Below, in pieces: positions 51,904 through 61,877 of a stretch of DNA of 64,000 nucleotides. The stretch's first letter is position 1. The number at the start of each line of letters is the position of its first letter. This stretch comes from Ignavibacteriota bacterium (GTDB lineage: Bacteria > Bacteroidota > Ignavibacteria > UBA10030). Position numbers and translations under genes: made by a program. The stretch lies in NCBI GenBank assembly GCA_963727825.1, contig CAVSHO010000009.1, positions 32,001 to 96,000 on the forward strand, in the 5' to 3' direction. Below the pieces are notes generated by a model. The model was given only the letters and a program-made list of their open reading frames with translations. It did no database searches and was not told where the DNA came from.

Positions 51904-52572
51904 TTATGCAATACTAATTTTATCTAGAAATGCCACCGCACCCTGAGGATCATGAGAATAGCTATCTGCACCCATTTTCAAGGCAGCTTCCATAGTCAAA
52001 GGCGCACCGCCAACAATAATTTTCGTGTCTGGAAATTGTGTTTTAATTTCCTGAACTGTTTTCGACATATTGATCATAGTCGTCGTTAGCAAAGTGCTTA
52101 AACCGACTATGCAACCCGGAGTATTCCTGATCGTTTCTAAAAATTTGGCCGATTTAACATCGACACCCAAGTCTATTACTTCCCAGCCATTACCTTCGAT
52201 AACCATTCTGACAAGATTTTTGCCAATGTCATGCAAGTCGCCTGCGACAGTACCAAGCACAAATTTTCCCTTTGCTTTAATACTTCCCTTTTTGAAAAAT
52301 GGTTCAAGATGAACCATTACAACCTGCATCGCTTTAGCTGCCATTAATAGTTCAGGAACAAATACTTCGTTTCTACTGAACCGTTCCCCGATCCGCTGCA
52401 TTCCATCGTTGCATGCTTTTAGAATAATATCAGGGCCCACTCCTTCTAATAATGCTTGCTTTGTCAATTCATCCGCACCTTCCTGATTTTTTAAATCGGG
52501 TGGATATGGGGCAATCTTGTTAACCTTTCCTCGTTCAATGCATAAACTAATTCTATCAACCAATTCACTCAT
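51904..52572 (-). CDS. Corrinoid (cobalamin-binding) protein, cap + B12 domain
   Basis: FVPELLMAA cap; GDLHDIGKNLV (DxHxxG), DLGVDV, GLS.L, VGGAP. Confidence 0.93.
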   Translation of the reverse strand: MSELVDRISLCIERGKVNKIAPYPPDLKNQEGADELTKQALLEGVGPDIILKACNDGMQRIGERFSRNEVFVPELLMAAKAMQVVMVHLEPFFKKGSIKAKGKFVLGTVAGDLHDIGKNLVRMVIEGNGWEVIDLGVDVKSAKFLETIRNTPGCIVGLSTLLTTTMINMSKTVQEIKTQFPDTKIIVGGAPLTMEAALKMGADSYSHDPQGAVAFLDKISIA

Positions 52573-52637
52573 GTCGAATTCCTTTTGCTATATCGATACT
52601 AGATTTTTCTTAGTTTAAAATTGTGGATCAATAATAT

Positions 52638-54347
52638 CTATTTATATACCTCGTCATTCCCTTGGTACTCAAACCAATCATAATTTGCTATGTTCTTGCT
52701 CATCTGGCCCAGTGAAGTAGCGTACATTGCGTACATAGAACCAACAAATCCACCGGCAATCCGCGTACTTAAGAATGTGGCATCAACATTGTCCTTAAGC
52801 AAATTCCATTGATTGTATATCGAGGAATAGAAAAATGCATACGTGTTTCCCCGTGCTTCAATTTTTAAGTACACTGCTTTTTCGGACATTTCTTTAGAAA
52901 GTTTTTGAGATGCCAAGAGTTCCATAGTGTTGCGTTTAGATCCGGTTCCCGATTTATACAATTGAACCACCGGCTCATTTTCATCAACCGACTCACAAAG
53001 AAAGTAAAAATGTTCTTCATTTTGGAAAACTAACAGACCGGCTTTTTCATTACTTCCCTGAGGGGAGAATTCTAAGGCGACGCTTGCAGACCCATATGCA
53101 TGCTGTTGACGTCTGCCAATAAAACTCGGGTTCTTAATTCCAGAACACATTTCTGGCCTTACCTTGATCGATAGAAATCCCTTCTTACTCTCAAGATTAT
53201 ACCAACTTTCATGTGGAGTTCTCAGGAAGACCCAATCCGGATGAAGTTTTGGCTGATCAAATTCATCTCTGAGAATGAAATTACCGCTGTACGGATGAGA
53301 ATCTTCATCGATGGATGATTGCATTGGATATGGATACGAATACTGAACCAATTCGTAGTCAGGGTTGATAACCGGCCAGCCATCCTTCCATTTTACTGGC
53401 GCTAGAAATGTCTCTCGGCCAATATTCGTATAACCCTCTTCAACAGGTGGATAGGGCCTGGAACCTAAAAAGACCGACCACCAATCTCCAGCATTTGTCT
53501 GCACAAAGTCGGCATGCCCGGTACAGGTTATGGGAAATTTCCGTTTGGGATCCAAATGCCGCTGAGTAAGAATTGGATTTTTCTGATATGGAATATATGG
53601 ACCTTCCACCTTTGTACTTCTAAAAACCACTTCTGAATGCTGATCTGCCGTTCCACCTTCCGCTGCTATAAGATAATAGAATCCATCTTTCTGAAATATG
53701 TGAGGTCCCTCGATCCAGACCGGTTTCTTTGAAATATCAACCCCACCATTTACTAGTAATATTTCTTCTCCCATCGTCTTGAGGCTGTCAAAATCGAATG
53801 CACGCATTCTGATCGTCCGATGGCCGTCATAGAGAGACCTATCATTTGGCGGTATACTATTATAGAGTATGTAGGCATTCCCGTTTTTATCGAAAAACAA
53901 TGAGGGGTCTATACCGTTGATTTGCGGCAGCCAGACGGGGTTGGACCATGGTCCTGCAGGATTTTTTGCTGTAATAACAAAATTCCCGCCTATATCTACC
54001 AATGTGCAGGTAATATAATAGAGTCCTTTATGATGCCGAATAGCTGGTGCAAAAATGCCGCGAGATACACCTTGGCCATCGAGATTCAATTGTTCCACTC
54101 GATTCATTGCATGACCAATGAGCTTCCAATGCACTAAATCCTTACTGTGGAAGACCGGGATACCGGGGAAATATGAAAATGACGAGTTCACTAAATAATA
54201 ATCCGTCCCGACCCTGCAAATACTCGGATCTGGATAGAAGCCAGCAAGAATTGGATTCGTGAATCCCTTTTTATCCTGCGCAGATGAATTGCAGCATAGA
54301 ATGAAAAAGAGTATGAAGAAGACTGTTCGCATAATTAATCGATCCAT
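52638..54347 (-). CDS. GH43 beta-xylosidase/alpha-arabinofuranosidase with C-terminal beta-sandwich
   Basis: NPILAGFYPDPSI, IFAPAIR, GIDPSLFFD, WIEGPH, AEGGT, GHAD, GRETFL; signal peptide. Confidence 0.92.
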   Translation of the reverse strand: MDRLIMRTVFFILFFILCCNSSAQDKKGFTNPILAGFYPDPSICRVGTDYYLVNSSFSYFPGIPVFHSKDLVHWKLIGHAMNRVEQLNLDGQGVSRGIFAPAIRHHKGLYYITCTLVDIGGNFVITAKNPAGPWSNPVWLPQINGIDPSLFFDKNGNAYILYNSIPPNDRSLYDGHRTIRMRAFDFDSLKTMGEEILLVNGGVDISKKPVWIEGPHIFQKDGFYYLIAAEGGTADQHSEVVFRSTKVEGPYIPYQKNPILTQRHLDPKRKFPITCTGHADFVQTNAGDWWSVFLGSRPYPPVEEGYTNIGRETFLAPVKWKDGWPVINPDYELVQYSYPYPMQSSIDEDSHPYSGNFILRDEFDQPKLHPDWVFLRTPHESWYNLESKKGFLSIKVRPEMCSGIKNPSFIGRRQQHAYGSASVALEFSPQGSNEKAGLLVFQNEEHFYFLCESVDENEPVVQLYKSGTGSKRNTMELLASQKLSKEMSEKAVYLKIEARGNTYAFFYSSIYNQWNLLKDNVDATFLSTRIAGGFVGSMYAMYATSLGQMSKNIANYDWFEYQGNDEVYK

Positions 54348-54351
54348 TTTT

Positions 54352-57300
54352 TTACCTTCCTGTATTTGATCTAAGTGCTCCGTAAAAACTTTCAGGAGGA
54401 CCCAAATAGCATTGTTTCACACCGCCTGTATTCACGACAACCTTTTGAAGAACAACACCGGGGTCAACCATCCAGATCTTCAACACGTGATAACCGGGCT
54501 TAGCAATTTTATGAGTTGAATGACTGTAGCGTGCGTTGTCTGCAACCGATTTCTCCCAGTCCATGTTCCCGTGCATCGCACTGAAATTGGCCGGTACCAG
54601 TGTGACGAGTTGCGGTGCCTCTGCATCAAACGAAATTGCATATCGAAGCTCGCGACCGGGTATAAAATTTAACGTCGGGGAATTAATTGTACAAACGTCA
54701 AATGTCCCGGGCTTAAATAAATACATTTGATATTCCAGACATGGTGCATCTATTCCCGGAACAGCGCTGCTCGCATTTGCCGGAGCCACAGCCCTCATCG
54801 CAGATAAAGTATTTCCATAATCTTCAATGTTCATCCATTGCCTAGAGCCAACATCTATTTTCTTCATATAATGCTCGGCTTCTATCGAAATAAAACCTTC
54901 TCCTTCAACGAAACCCTGCAATGAATCACGAGTCATCTCTGTCGGATAAAAAACGTCTATCTTTACATTGACCTCGCTATTTGTACCGATGATTTTTAAA
55001 GAACCAGTACATTTACCTTTTGGTACACTGCTCCAATCTATGTTAACCCAAATACGTTTATCTTTTTCTATAGTGCCCTTGAATTCGCTGAGCAATATCC
55101 ATGAGTCGCTGGCAATAGCACTGAACTCAAATGGTATTTTGCCTTTATTAAATACGTCAACATAATGATGCTGTTGATTGAATACATCGAATGAAGGCAG
55201 TACAGCTTCGGTTTGCGAATTAGGCCAAGATTCTTCAGAACCATCTACGGCAACACCCATGGCCGATGTATCCGGTACAGAAATCTCTGTTAGCTTGATT
55301 GCTCGCAGACTATTTTTTGGCGGATCCTGCCAACTTGTATAACCCAAATGTGTTTGATCCATAAAGTGATTCCATTTGCCATTAGCAAACGTGCGATTGA
55401 AATAACCCATTAAACTCGTATCTGCCTGGAATAAATCACGAGTTCTACTCGCCATGTCGTTTGTGCTGACTCGACCTTGATGTGCATATAAAACATTTTT
55501 ACCAGCAGTAAAGTACAATTCGTTCACCAATGCACTGGCTTTTGTGGGAAACAACACCAATTCATAAAATGCGTCACGCTTGTTTTCAGGCAACTTGCCC
55601 GAAATTTCTTCAGCCTTTTTAGTGAGCGTATTAAAATCTGCTACAACTTTTTCCGCTTCCTGATAATTGACTAAGCTGTAAGTTGTCGGACTGAGTAATT
55701 CGGGTTTCCGTCGCCCATTGTATTTTGTGTACTTAGAAAGAATGTCTGCAATTTCTTTGGCATAGGTTGATCCAAATTCCCGCTCAGCCCAGAGCCTTGT
55801 ATATTCACCGATATTATCGTTCTTCCACCTCTCCGTGTTCCAGGCAAGATCCATAAAATATTCTAGCGGAAACTCAAGGCCCTTGAAGTGACCGACGTTC
55901 ACAATCCATATCCTATCGGCACCATATTGTTTGGCAAGTGACATCTGATCCCATATTTTGGGAATCGGATTGGTGTTGACCCATTGGTAGTTTCTGGGCC
56001 CGCCGTGATAGTCGAAGTGATAATAGATTCCTGCACCACCCTGCCGTTTGTTTTCTTCAACAGTCGGCAGACGACGAACATTACCCCAATTATCCTCAGC
56101 CCACAAGAGCGTCACATCGTCGGGAACGCGAAAGCCCTCGTTGTAGTAAGCCAGTACTTCCTTATAGGGACACCATAGTTGGGGTACCTTAGTCACATCT
56201 TTATTTATTTCCTGTTCAATTATACTCCGCTGATCATTTATGATATTTGTCAACAAGTCCATGCTTTGAGCATCTGTACCGCCCGGGATCATTTCCGTAT
56301 CATTTTCTCCCCGCAAGCCTATAGTAATGATGCTCTCATATTTTTTATTACGCCTGATACCTTCACGCCAAAAGTTTTTAAGAACATCCGGATGTTGGGC
56401 ATAATTCCATGGTCCTACCGTTTTAAAGTAGCGTCGATCCCACTCTTTCTGCGCTCTGAGCATAGGTTCTTGATGCGAATTACCCATAACAATCCCATAT
56501 TCATCTGCAAGTCGGGGATTTTCCGGATCGTCTTCATTAAAAGCATTATTCCACATGGCCGGCCAGAGATAATTTCCTTTCAGCCTGAGGATCAACTCAA
56601 ACAACTTTTCATAAAACTGATGATTGTAATTGGCAACACCCGCCGGTATTGGCGGATTTTCGCTTGGAGGAATTGTACCAAATTTTTCAGTAATCCAATT
56701 AGTAAGATCCGGATATTCATCGTTGAGAAAGATTCCTCGATATTTAACGGAAGGCGGTCCTTGTACATATTTACCAGGGATCACAAAAAGGGCATCTTTA
56801 TGTTCTATGGAAACATCCGCCCACCAATACCAGGGAGAGACACCTATCTTTTTCGAAAGGTCATATATTCCATAAATTGTTCCCCGTTTATCACTACCGG
56901 CAATGACAAGTGCTCGTTTGATATGTGGAAACGGATTTTCTACAACTTGGATAAGAAAGGATTCCCATTTTCCCGATATATCATTGACAACGAGTTTCTT
57001 TTCTTTTATCAATCTATCGATAAGCTCGTTCTTCCCTAATGTACCAATTAACACTACTTCCCTTGCTCGTGGCAAGGAGTCGAAACTAAAGGCCGGTTCC
57101 CGCGATGTAACCTTTTTGATATCACTTTGCAAATGCCTTGCAGCCAGAACTATTCCTGGAAAATCTTTCGAGCTAATTATAATGGACGCAACACTTTCAG
57201 CAGATGAGATGGAATAATTGTTGTTTTGTTTTTCAAATTTAATATATGCTGTTTGTTCTTGGGCTTGCATTTTCCCGACTATAGATAGTCCAAGAAAACT

Positions 57301-57381
57301 CATGAGATATATGAAATGCAGCGAATTCTTCAGATATGTGTTATTTTTAAAGTTATAGCCAGAAAATTTTAATGGGGGCAT
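54352..57381 (-). CDS. GH115 xylan alpha-(4-O-methyl)glucuronidase
   Basis: GSDKRGTIYG, GVSPWYWWAD, PSVKYRGIFLNDE, GNYLWPAMW, SHQEPM, YKEV, DNWG, GIYYHFDY.G.PRNY.W. Confidence 0.93.
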   Translation of the reverse strand: MPPLKFSGYNFKNNTYLKNSLHFIYLMSFLGLSIVGKMQAQEQTAYIKFEKQNNNYSISSAESVASIIISSKDFPGIVLAARHLQSDIKKVTSREPAFSFDSLPRAREVVLIGTLGKNELIDRLIKEKKLVVNDISGKWESFLIQVVENPFPHIKRALVIAGSDKRGTIYGIYDLSKKIGVSPWYWWADVSIEHKDALFVIPGKYVQGPPSVKYRGIFLNDEYPDLTNWITEKFGTIPPSENPPIPAGVANYNHQFYEKLFELILRLKGNYLWPAMWNNAFNEDDPENPRLADEYGIVMGNSHQEPMLRAQKEWDRRYFKTVGPWNYAQHPDVLKNFWREGIRRNKKYESIITIGLRGENDTEMIPGGTDAQSMDLLTNIINDQRSIIEQEINKDVTKVPQLWCPYKEVLAYYNEGFRVPDDVTLLWAEDNWGNVRRLPTVEENKRQGGAGIYYHFDYHGGPRNYQWVNTNPIPKIWDQMSLAKQYGADRIWIVNVGHFKGLEFPLEYFMDLAWNTERWKNDNIGEYTRLWAEREFGSTYAKEIADILSKYTKYNGRRKPELLSPTTYSLVNYQEAEKVVADFNTLTKKAEEISGKLPENKRDAFYELVLFPTKASALVNELYFTAGKNVLYAHQGRVSTNDMASRTRDLFQADTSLMGYFNRTFANGKWNHFMDQTHLGYTSWQDPPKNSLRAIKLTEISVPDTSAMGVAVDGSEESWPNSQTEAVLPSFDVFNQQHHYVDVFNKGKIPFEFSAIASDSWILLSEFKGTIEKDKRIWVNIDWSSVPKGKCTGSLKIIGTNSEVNVKIDVFYPTEMTRDSLQGFVEGEGFISIEAEHYMKKIDVGSRQWMNIEDYGNTLSAMRAVAPANASSAVPGIDAPCLEYQMYLFKPGTFDVCTINSPTLNFIPGRELRYAISFDAEAPQLVTLVPANFSAMHGNMDWEKSVADNARYSHSTHKIAKPGYHVLKIWMVDPGVVLQKVVVNTGGVKQCYLGPPESFYGALRSNTGR

Positions 57382-57447
57382 TTCGCATCCTTTATTTCTG
57401 CAAAAACCTTTATAGAATTTCGAGAACTTTGATGTTAATTAAGAACA

Positions 57448-57490
57448 ATTGAACCGTTTTAATATTAGCCACATTATATTATTAAGGTAA
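57448..57490 (-). promoter_or_regulatory. LacI-type operator and probable promoter of the GH115-corrinoid operon
   Basis: ATTGAACCGTTTTAAT at 57448-57463 overlapping minus-strand TAATAT (57467-57462), 17 nt from TTACCT (57490-57485). Confidence 0.75.
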
Positions 57491-57646
57491 GAAAAAACCT
57501 CTGAAAAAAAAGCAACAATATCCCGCTAAATAACTCCACAATAATTGCTGCTTCGTAGGTGAAAAACTATTTTAAAGTTTATTAAGTTCAATGTGAATTA
57601 AATCGATTTTATTTAATACTTTCATATTTAATTGCTTATTACTATT

Positions 57647-57662
57647 ATTATACCGGTTCAAT
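57647..57662 (+). promoter_or_regulatory. LacI-type operator, probable autoregulation site
   Basis: ATTATACCGGTTCAAT ends 15 nt before the LacI-family start codon. Confidence 0.65.
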
Positions 57663-57677
57663 TCTAAGGAAGGTTAT

Positions 57678-58709
57678 ATGAAAAAGATTACTATCGATGA
57701 TGTTGCTAAGAGAGCAAACGTTTCCAAGGGAACTATCTCTGCAGTCATCAATGCAAAAAACACTGTTAGGCCGGTTACACGTGATCACATTTTAGAAACG
57801 ATGAAAGAACTTAACTTTCGTCCGAAGGGTGTTGCAAGGAACCTCAAAAACGGAAATCAGGATAAATGCATTGGTATTATTATTAAGGATATTAATTATC
57901 CATTCTATACATCCATCGCGTCCGGAGTGTGTGATTTTGCCAAAACGATGGGGTATTCAGTCATTATAACAAGTTCTGAAAATGATCACGCATCTGAGAA
58001 AAGATTTTCACATCTTTTTTCCGCAAAAGATATCAAAGGAGCTATTATTGCTCCTATCGTAGAAGGGACAGCGGAAATTGAACACTTGTTCAAACTGAAG
58101 ATGATCAACTATCCTTTCGTCTTACTGGAAGATGTTAAGGGCATACAGGCCAACGTGGTAGCAATCGATAATCTTAGAGCTATAAAAAAGGCGGTCAAGT
58201 ATCTTATTGAAAGCGGCCATAAAAATATCGTGCATTTTGCCGGCCCTCCAGAATCCTCGCATACTCAAGAGCGCATTGAGGGATTCCGCCATGCATTCAG
58301 TGAAAGCACTCTAGTTTTCAATGAAGATATGATTGTCTCAGTTGGATCGATATATGAAGAAAGTCATTCAAAAACGATCGAGTTTTTTAAGAATAGAAGT
58401 CGCGAGAACTTCCCAACGGCTATCGTTTGCTTCAATGACCAGCAAGCTCTTGCAGTCTTGACTGGTTTGAAGGAATTGAGCATCAAAGTGCCGGAAGAAA
58501 TTTCTGTCATTGGCAATGATGATATTTATTATGCCAAGATTTATCCAGTCCCGCTGACGACAATTCGGGCTCCCCAGCACGAGATCGGCTATCGAGCTGC
58601 AGAGATTTTAATCAGGAATATAGAATCTTCGGTACTGTTACCGAATGAAAAAGTAATTCTCGATACAGAATTTATAATACGAGAATCATCAAGGGTACTG
58701 AATAAATAA
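57678..58709 (+). CDS. LacI-family transcriptional regulator
   Basis: ITIDDVAKRANVSKGTIS HTH, ARNLK hinge, TAIVCFND, PLTTI. Confidence 0.95.
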   Translation: MKKITIDDVAKRANVSKGTISAVINAKNTVRPVTRDHILETMKELNFRPKGVARNLKNGNQDKCIGIIIKDINYPFYTSIASGVCDFAKTMGYSVIITSSENDHASEKRFSHLFSAKDIKGAIIAPIVEGTAEIEHLFKLKMINYPFVLLEDVKGIQANVVAIDNLRAIKKAVKYLIESGHKNIVHFAGPPESSHTQERIEGFRHAFSESTLVFNEDMIVSVGSIYEESHSKTIEFFKNRSRENFPTAIVCFNDQQALAVLTGLKELSIKVPEEISVIGNDDIYYAKIYPVPLTTIRAPQHEIGYRAAEILIRNIESSVLLPNEKVILDTEFIIRESSRVLNK

Positions 58710-58748
58710 GAACCTGGTTGTACTGCATTAGTATTTCCAAATATGGAA

Positions 58749-60794
58749 TTATGTTTTCAGTAATTCCTTCCATATAAGCGCTGCAGCTCCAAGAATCGCG
58801 GAATTGCCAAGCGGCAAACCCGACGGCAACAAGCGGACCTTATTTTTAAAAATATTGAGCAGGTATTCTTCCATGTATTTCTTTGTGGGATTAAAGATGA
58901 AATCCCCCGATGCCGCCAATCCTCCGCAAAGAATAATTGCTTCCGGACTTGTATAAGCAATAGAATCTGCAAGTTTCAATCCGAGATATTTTCCTGTCAT
59001 TTCAAATGCTTCCAATGCGAGTTTATCTCCATGCTGTGCCGCTTCGAAGATGCGTTTTGACGTAATACTTTCAAGACTGATTTCACGGAGCTCACTCGAA
59101 GATGATGTCGTGTGAAGAAGTTCCTCAACTGTTCTTTGAATTCCGCTCGCTGATGCGTAAGTCTCCAAGCACCCGCGCCGTCCGCAACCGCACAGACGAC
59201 CATTCGGATCAACAATAGTGTGGCCAATCTCTCCTGCAAAACCATCATGGCCGTAAATGAGTTCTCCATTTGCTACGATGCCGCTGCCAAGACCGGTCCC
59301 TAAAGTAATAACAATAAAATCTTTCATTCCTTTTGCTGCGCCGAATAACATCTCCCCAAGCGCGGCGGCATTCGCGTCATTCGTTAGTGCAATAGGGATG
59401 GAATACCAACGGCGCAGTATTGAAACAACATCAACAAATTTCCAGCTTAAATTCGGCGGCTGCTCGATGGTACCTTTATAGTAATTAGCGTTTGGAGCGC
59501 CTAAACCGATACCTATAAGTTTAAAATTTTCTTTCCCTGATTCAAAAAGAATCTCAGCTTGTTTATGAAGCCGTTCAAAAAATTCTTCTGACGGCTGATG
59601 TGCTTCTGTTGTCATTGAAGCTTCAGCGAGAAGCTTTCCTTCATGATCGACATATCCGAAAGTTGTGTTTGTGCCTCCGATATCTACACCAAGAACTACT
59701 TCTTTTTGATCCATTCCAATCCTTTTTATATGAGGGTGCGCTCCATTCCAGCTCACCCCGATTTTCTCAACATTAAGGCGCTGATATCGCTCCAAAACCT
59801 GACGCATTAGTTCTATAGTCTCACCTATTCCACGCAAGTCTTTCATCGCTGGAATTTGAATCGATTGTGTAAAATCTAAATTATTAAGCTTCTGCACATC
59901 ACTAACAAGTCGTGCGATAGGCCGACTGATTTGGTTTGCAAGCATCCAGCCAAGGACCAGCATTATAAACACAAAGCCTAAAACGAGAGAGGTGGTGTAT
60001 AGCAACAAATCTTCCACCGGTTTAAGTATTGTCTTTTCCGGCACAGCGATAATCAGCCACATCTGAGCGGTCTTAAATGCGCTTATCAGAACACGCCAAT
60101 TGGATTTATTTTGACATACACTCTGCAACGTGCTTACTCGTTCCTCCATACCATGTATATCGACAGGTTTAAAGGAAGATTGATTTTGTATCAGCACTGC
60201 TGATAAGCTTTTAATGCTTGCGGAATAATTTTCACCTATTGGCAGGGCGGCAAAGAGTGTATTCAATTTTTTTGCATCCCAGGTAATCGTCAGAACGAAT
60301 GGAATGTCCTGAACGTTAAACCGCGTTTGCATAATAAATAATTCTTGATGCTGTAAGGTATCATTTACCCATTGTATGTGTAATGTGGTGTCTATCTTCG
60401 AACAAACCCATGCGCTGTCCTTTATCGGCATATTGAATGCAGGGTAGGAAGTGTTCTGGCTCGTAAGTTCGTCGGGAAGTTTAGGTGATCGAATCTTGAT
60501 TTGTACGATTTCTGGATGAAGCGTCATCATAGAGCGAAGAAGGATTTCACCTTCTTTCGGACGCTCAGTTATTTGCCCAACGATGAATCTTGTTACGTCC
60601 GACCATGAAGCAATGGTGCGGTCAAGATTCTCGATAGCATAACTTTGTAATTGTTGAACGATATTCAATCGTTCCGTGATAACTGATGCCTCATACTTCG
60701 GTCGAATCACAGTCAAGACAATGAGGAGTGTGAGAGCTGTGATGCTTCCTAAAACAATAAAAAATCGATTTCGAAGAGAAAGTCGTAAGCGCAT
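58749..60794 (-). CDS. In-frame fusion of a sensor-type N-terminus (TM, periplasmic domain, TM, HAMP) to a ROK-family sugar kinase; the ROK part (58749-59714) may be translated alone
   Basis: ISRPIARL HAMP start; GVDIGGT, NDANAAALGE, TLGTGLG, GEIGH, CGCGRRGCLE; AAGGA precedes the internal ATG at 59714. Confidence 0.75.
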   Translation of the reverse strand: MRLRLSLRNRFFIVLGSITALTLLIVLTVIRPKYEASVITERLNIVQQLQSYAIENLDRTIASWSDVTRFIVGQITERPKEGEILLRSMMTLHPEIVQIKIRSPKLPDELTSQNTSYPAFNMPIKDSAWVCSKIDTTLHIQWVNDTLQHQELFIMQTRFNVQDIPFVLTITWDAKKLNTLFAALPIGENYSASIKSLSAVLIQNQSSFKPVDIHGMEERVSTLQSVCQNKSNWRVLISAFKTAQMWLIIAVPEKTILKPVEDLLLYTTSLVLGFVFIMLVLGWMLANQISRPIARLVSDVQKLNNLDFTQSIQIPAMKDLRGIGETIELMRQVLERYQRLNVEKIGVSWNGAHPHIKRIGMDQKEVVLGVDIGGTNTTFGYVDHEGKLLAEASMTTEAHQPSEEFFERLHKQAEILFESGKENFKLIGIGLGAPNANYYKGTIEQPPNLSWKFVDVVSILRRWYSIPIALTNDANAAALGEMLFGAAKGMKDFIVITLGTGLGSGIVANGELIYGHDGFAGEIGHTIVDPNGRLCGCGRRGCLETYASASGIQRTVEELLHTTSSSSELREISLESITSKRIFEAAQHGDKLALEAFEMTGKYLGLKLADSIAYTSPEAIILCGGLAASGDFIFNPTKKYMEEYLLNIFKNKVRLLPSGLPLGNSAILGAAALIWKELLKT

Positions 60795-61056
60795 CGTTTC
60801 CTTTTATCGGACTATTTATACTGCACAAACACTTGAAATAATAAGTATAAATCACGTCAACCTCCATAGTTTTTAGGAAAAGAGCGGTGGTTATCTGTAA
60901 TAGAAGACATCATTTAGAGCCCAATTCCTTTTTCGAACTGTGCTTTTTCATTTTAAATTAATATAACTTTCCTATAAAAAATTCGTATAATAAATCGAAT
61001 CCAATCCAATTCTCGAATTACACTTTCACTGTACATTTAAAAAGGAGCGGCGCATC

Positions 61057-61491
61057 ATGGAAAAACATATTTCACTCGTTGGAATTCTAAACATTGTTTA
61101 TAATGCTTTGGGGATCATTGGCGCATTTGTCCTTTTCGCAATCTCAATCGGTTTTAGATATTTCTTTGAGTTGATCTCTCGGTGCAGTCACCACGGAATG
61201 GATGAAATTCCTCCTGAATTGATGGACATATTACCGTTCATCCTGTCTATTATCGGGATTTTTATCTTGACATTTTCTATTATCGGAATTATTGGTGCTG
61301 TCGGTGTGATTAAGAAAAAAGAATGGGGTCGGATTATAATGCTCGTGGTATCATTTTTCGATCTGATACGTATGCCGCTCGGTACCGTTCTTGGCGTCTA
61401 TAGTATTTGGGTGCTTCTGAATGATGAAACTATCCGGTTCTTTAATCCAGTTCTTAATGCACCGGCTGAAAAACCAACAACCCAATCTTGA
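61057..61491 (+). CDS. Hypothetical membrane protein
   Basis: AAGGAG RBS; three to four hydrophobic segments; PLGTVLGVYSIWVL. Confidence 0.75.
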   Translation: MEKHISLVGILNIVYNALGIIGAFVLFAISIGFRYFFELISRCSHHGMDEIPPELMDILPFILSIIGIFILTFSIIGIIGAVGVIKKKEWGRIIMLVVSFFDLIRMPLGTVLGVYSIWVLLNDETIRFFNPVLNAPAEKPTTQS

Positions 61492-61503
61492 GACAATCTT
61501 TAT

Positions 61504-61812
61504 ATGAAAATTCTCGCGCTTGAAAAAGAAGTTGCTGGAATTACAGACGAGCAATTCACGCCTCCTCTTTTGAAAGAAGAAGCGATGCGGGCATGGGCGC
61601 TGCATCAAACGGGAATTATTCGCGAGCTGTACTTCCGGCCGGATCGAAATGAAGCAGTTTTGATTCTCGAATGCAAAGATGCTGATGAAGCTCAATCTGT
61701 GCTTGCAACACTACCGTTGGTTAAGTCGGGATTGATTGCATTTGAAATCATTCCGCTTATTCCTTACGACGGTTTTGCACGACTTTTTTCGGAAGAATTT
61801 ATACGAAAATAA
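61504..61812 (+). CDS. Small muconolactone-isomerase-like (dimeric alpha/beta barrel) protein
   Basis: EA.RAW.L...GIIRELYFR...AVLILEC......LPLV..GLI.FE pattern. Confidence 0.65.
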   Translation: MKILALEKEVAGITDEQFTPPLLKEEAMRAWALHQTGIIRELYFRPDRNEAVLILECKDADEAQSVLATLPLVKSGLIAFEIIPLIPYDGFARLFSEEFIRK

Positions 61813-61877
61813 TGTAACAGCTCAGTATGTTTTTCAATAATGACTTTCTTTGCCTTGGTGGGGTCATTATTCTTTGA

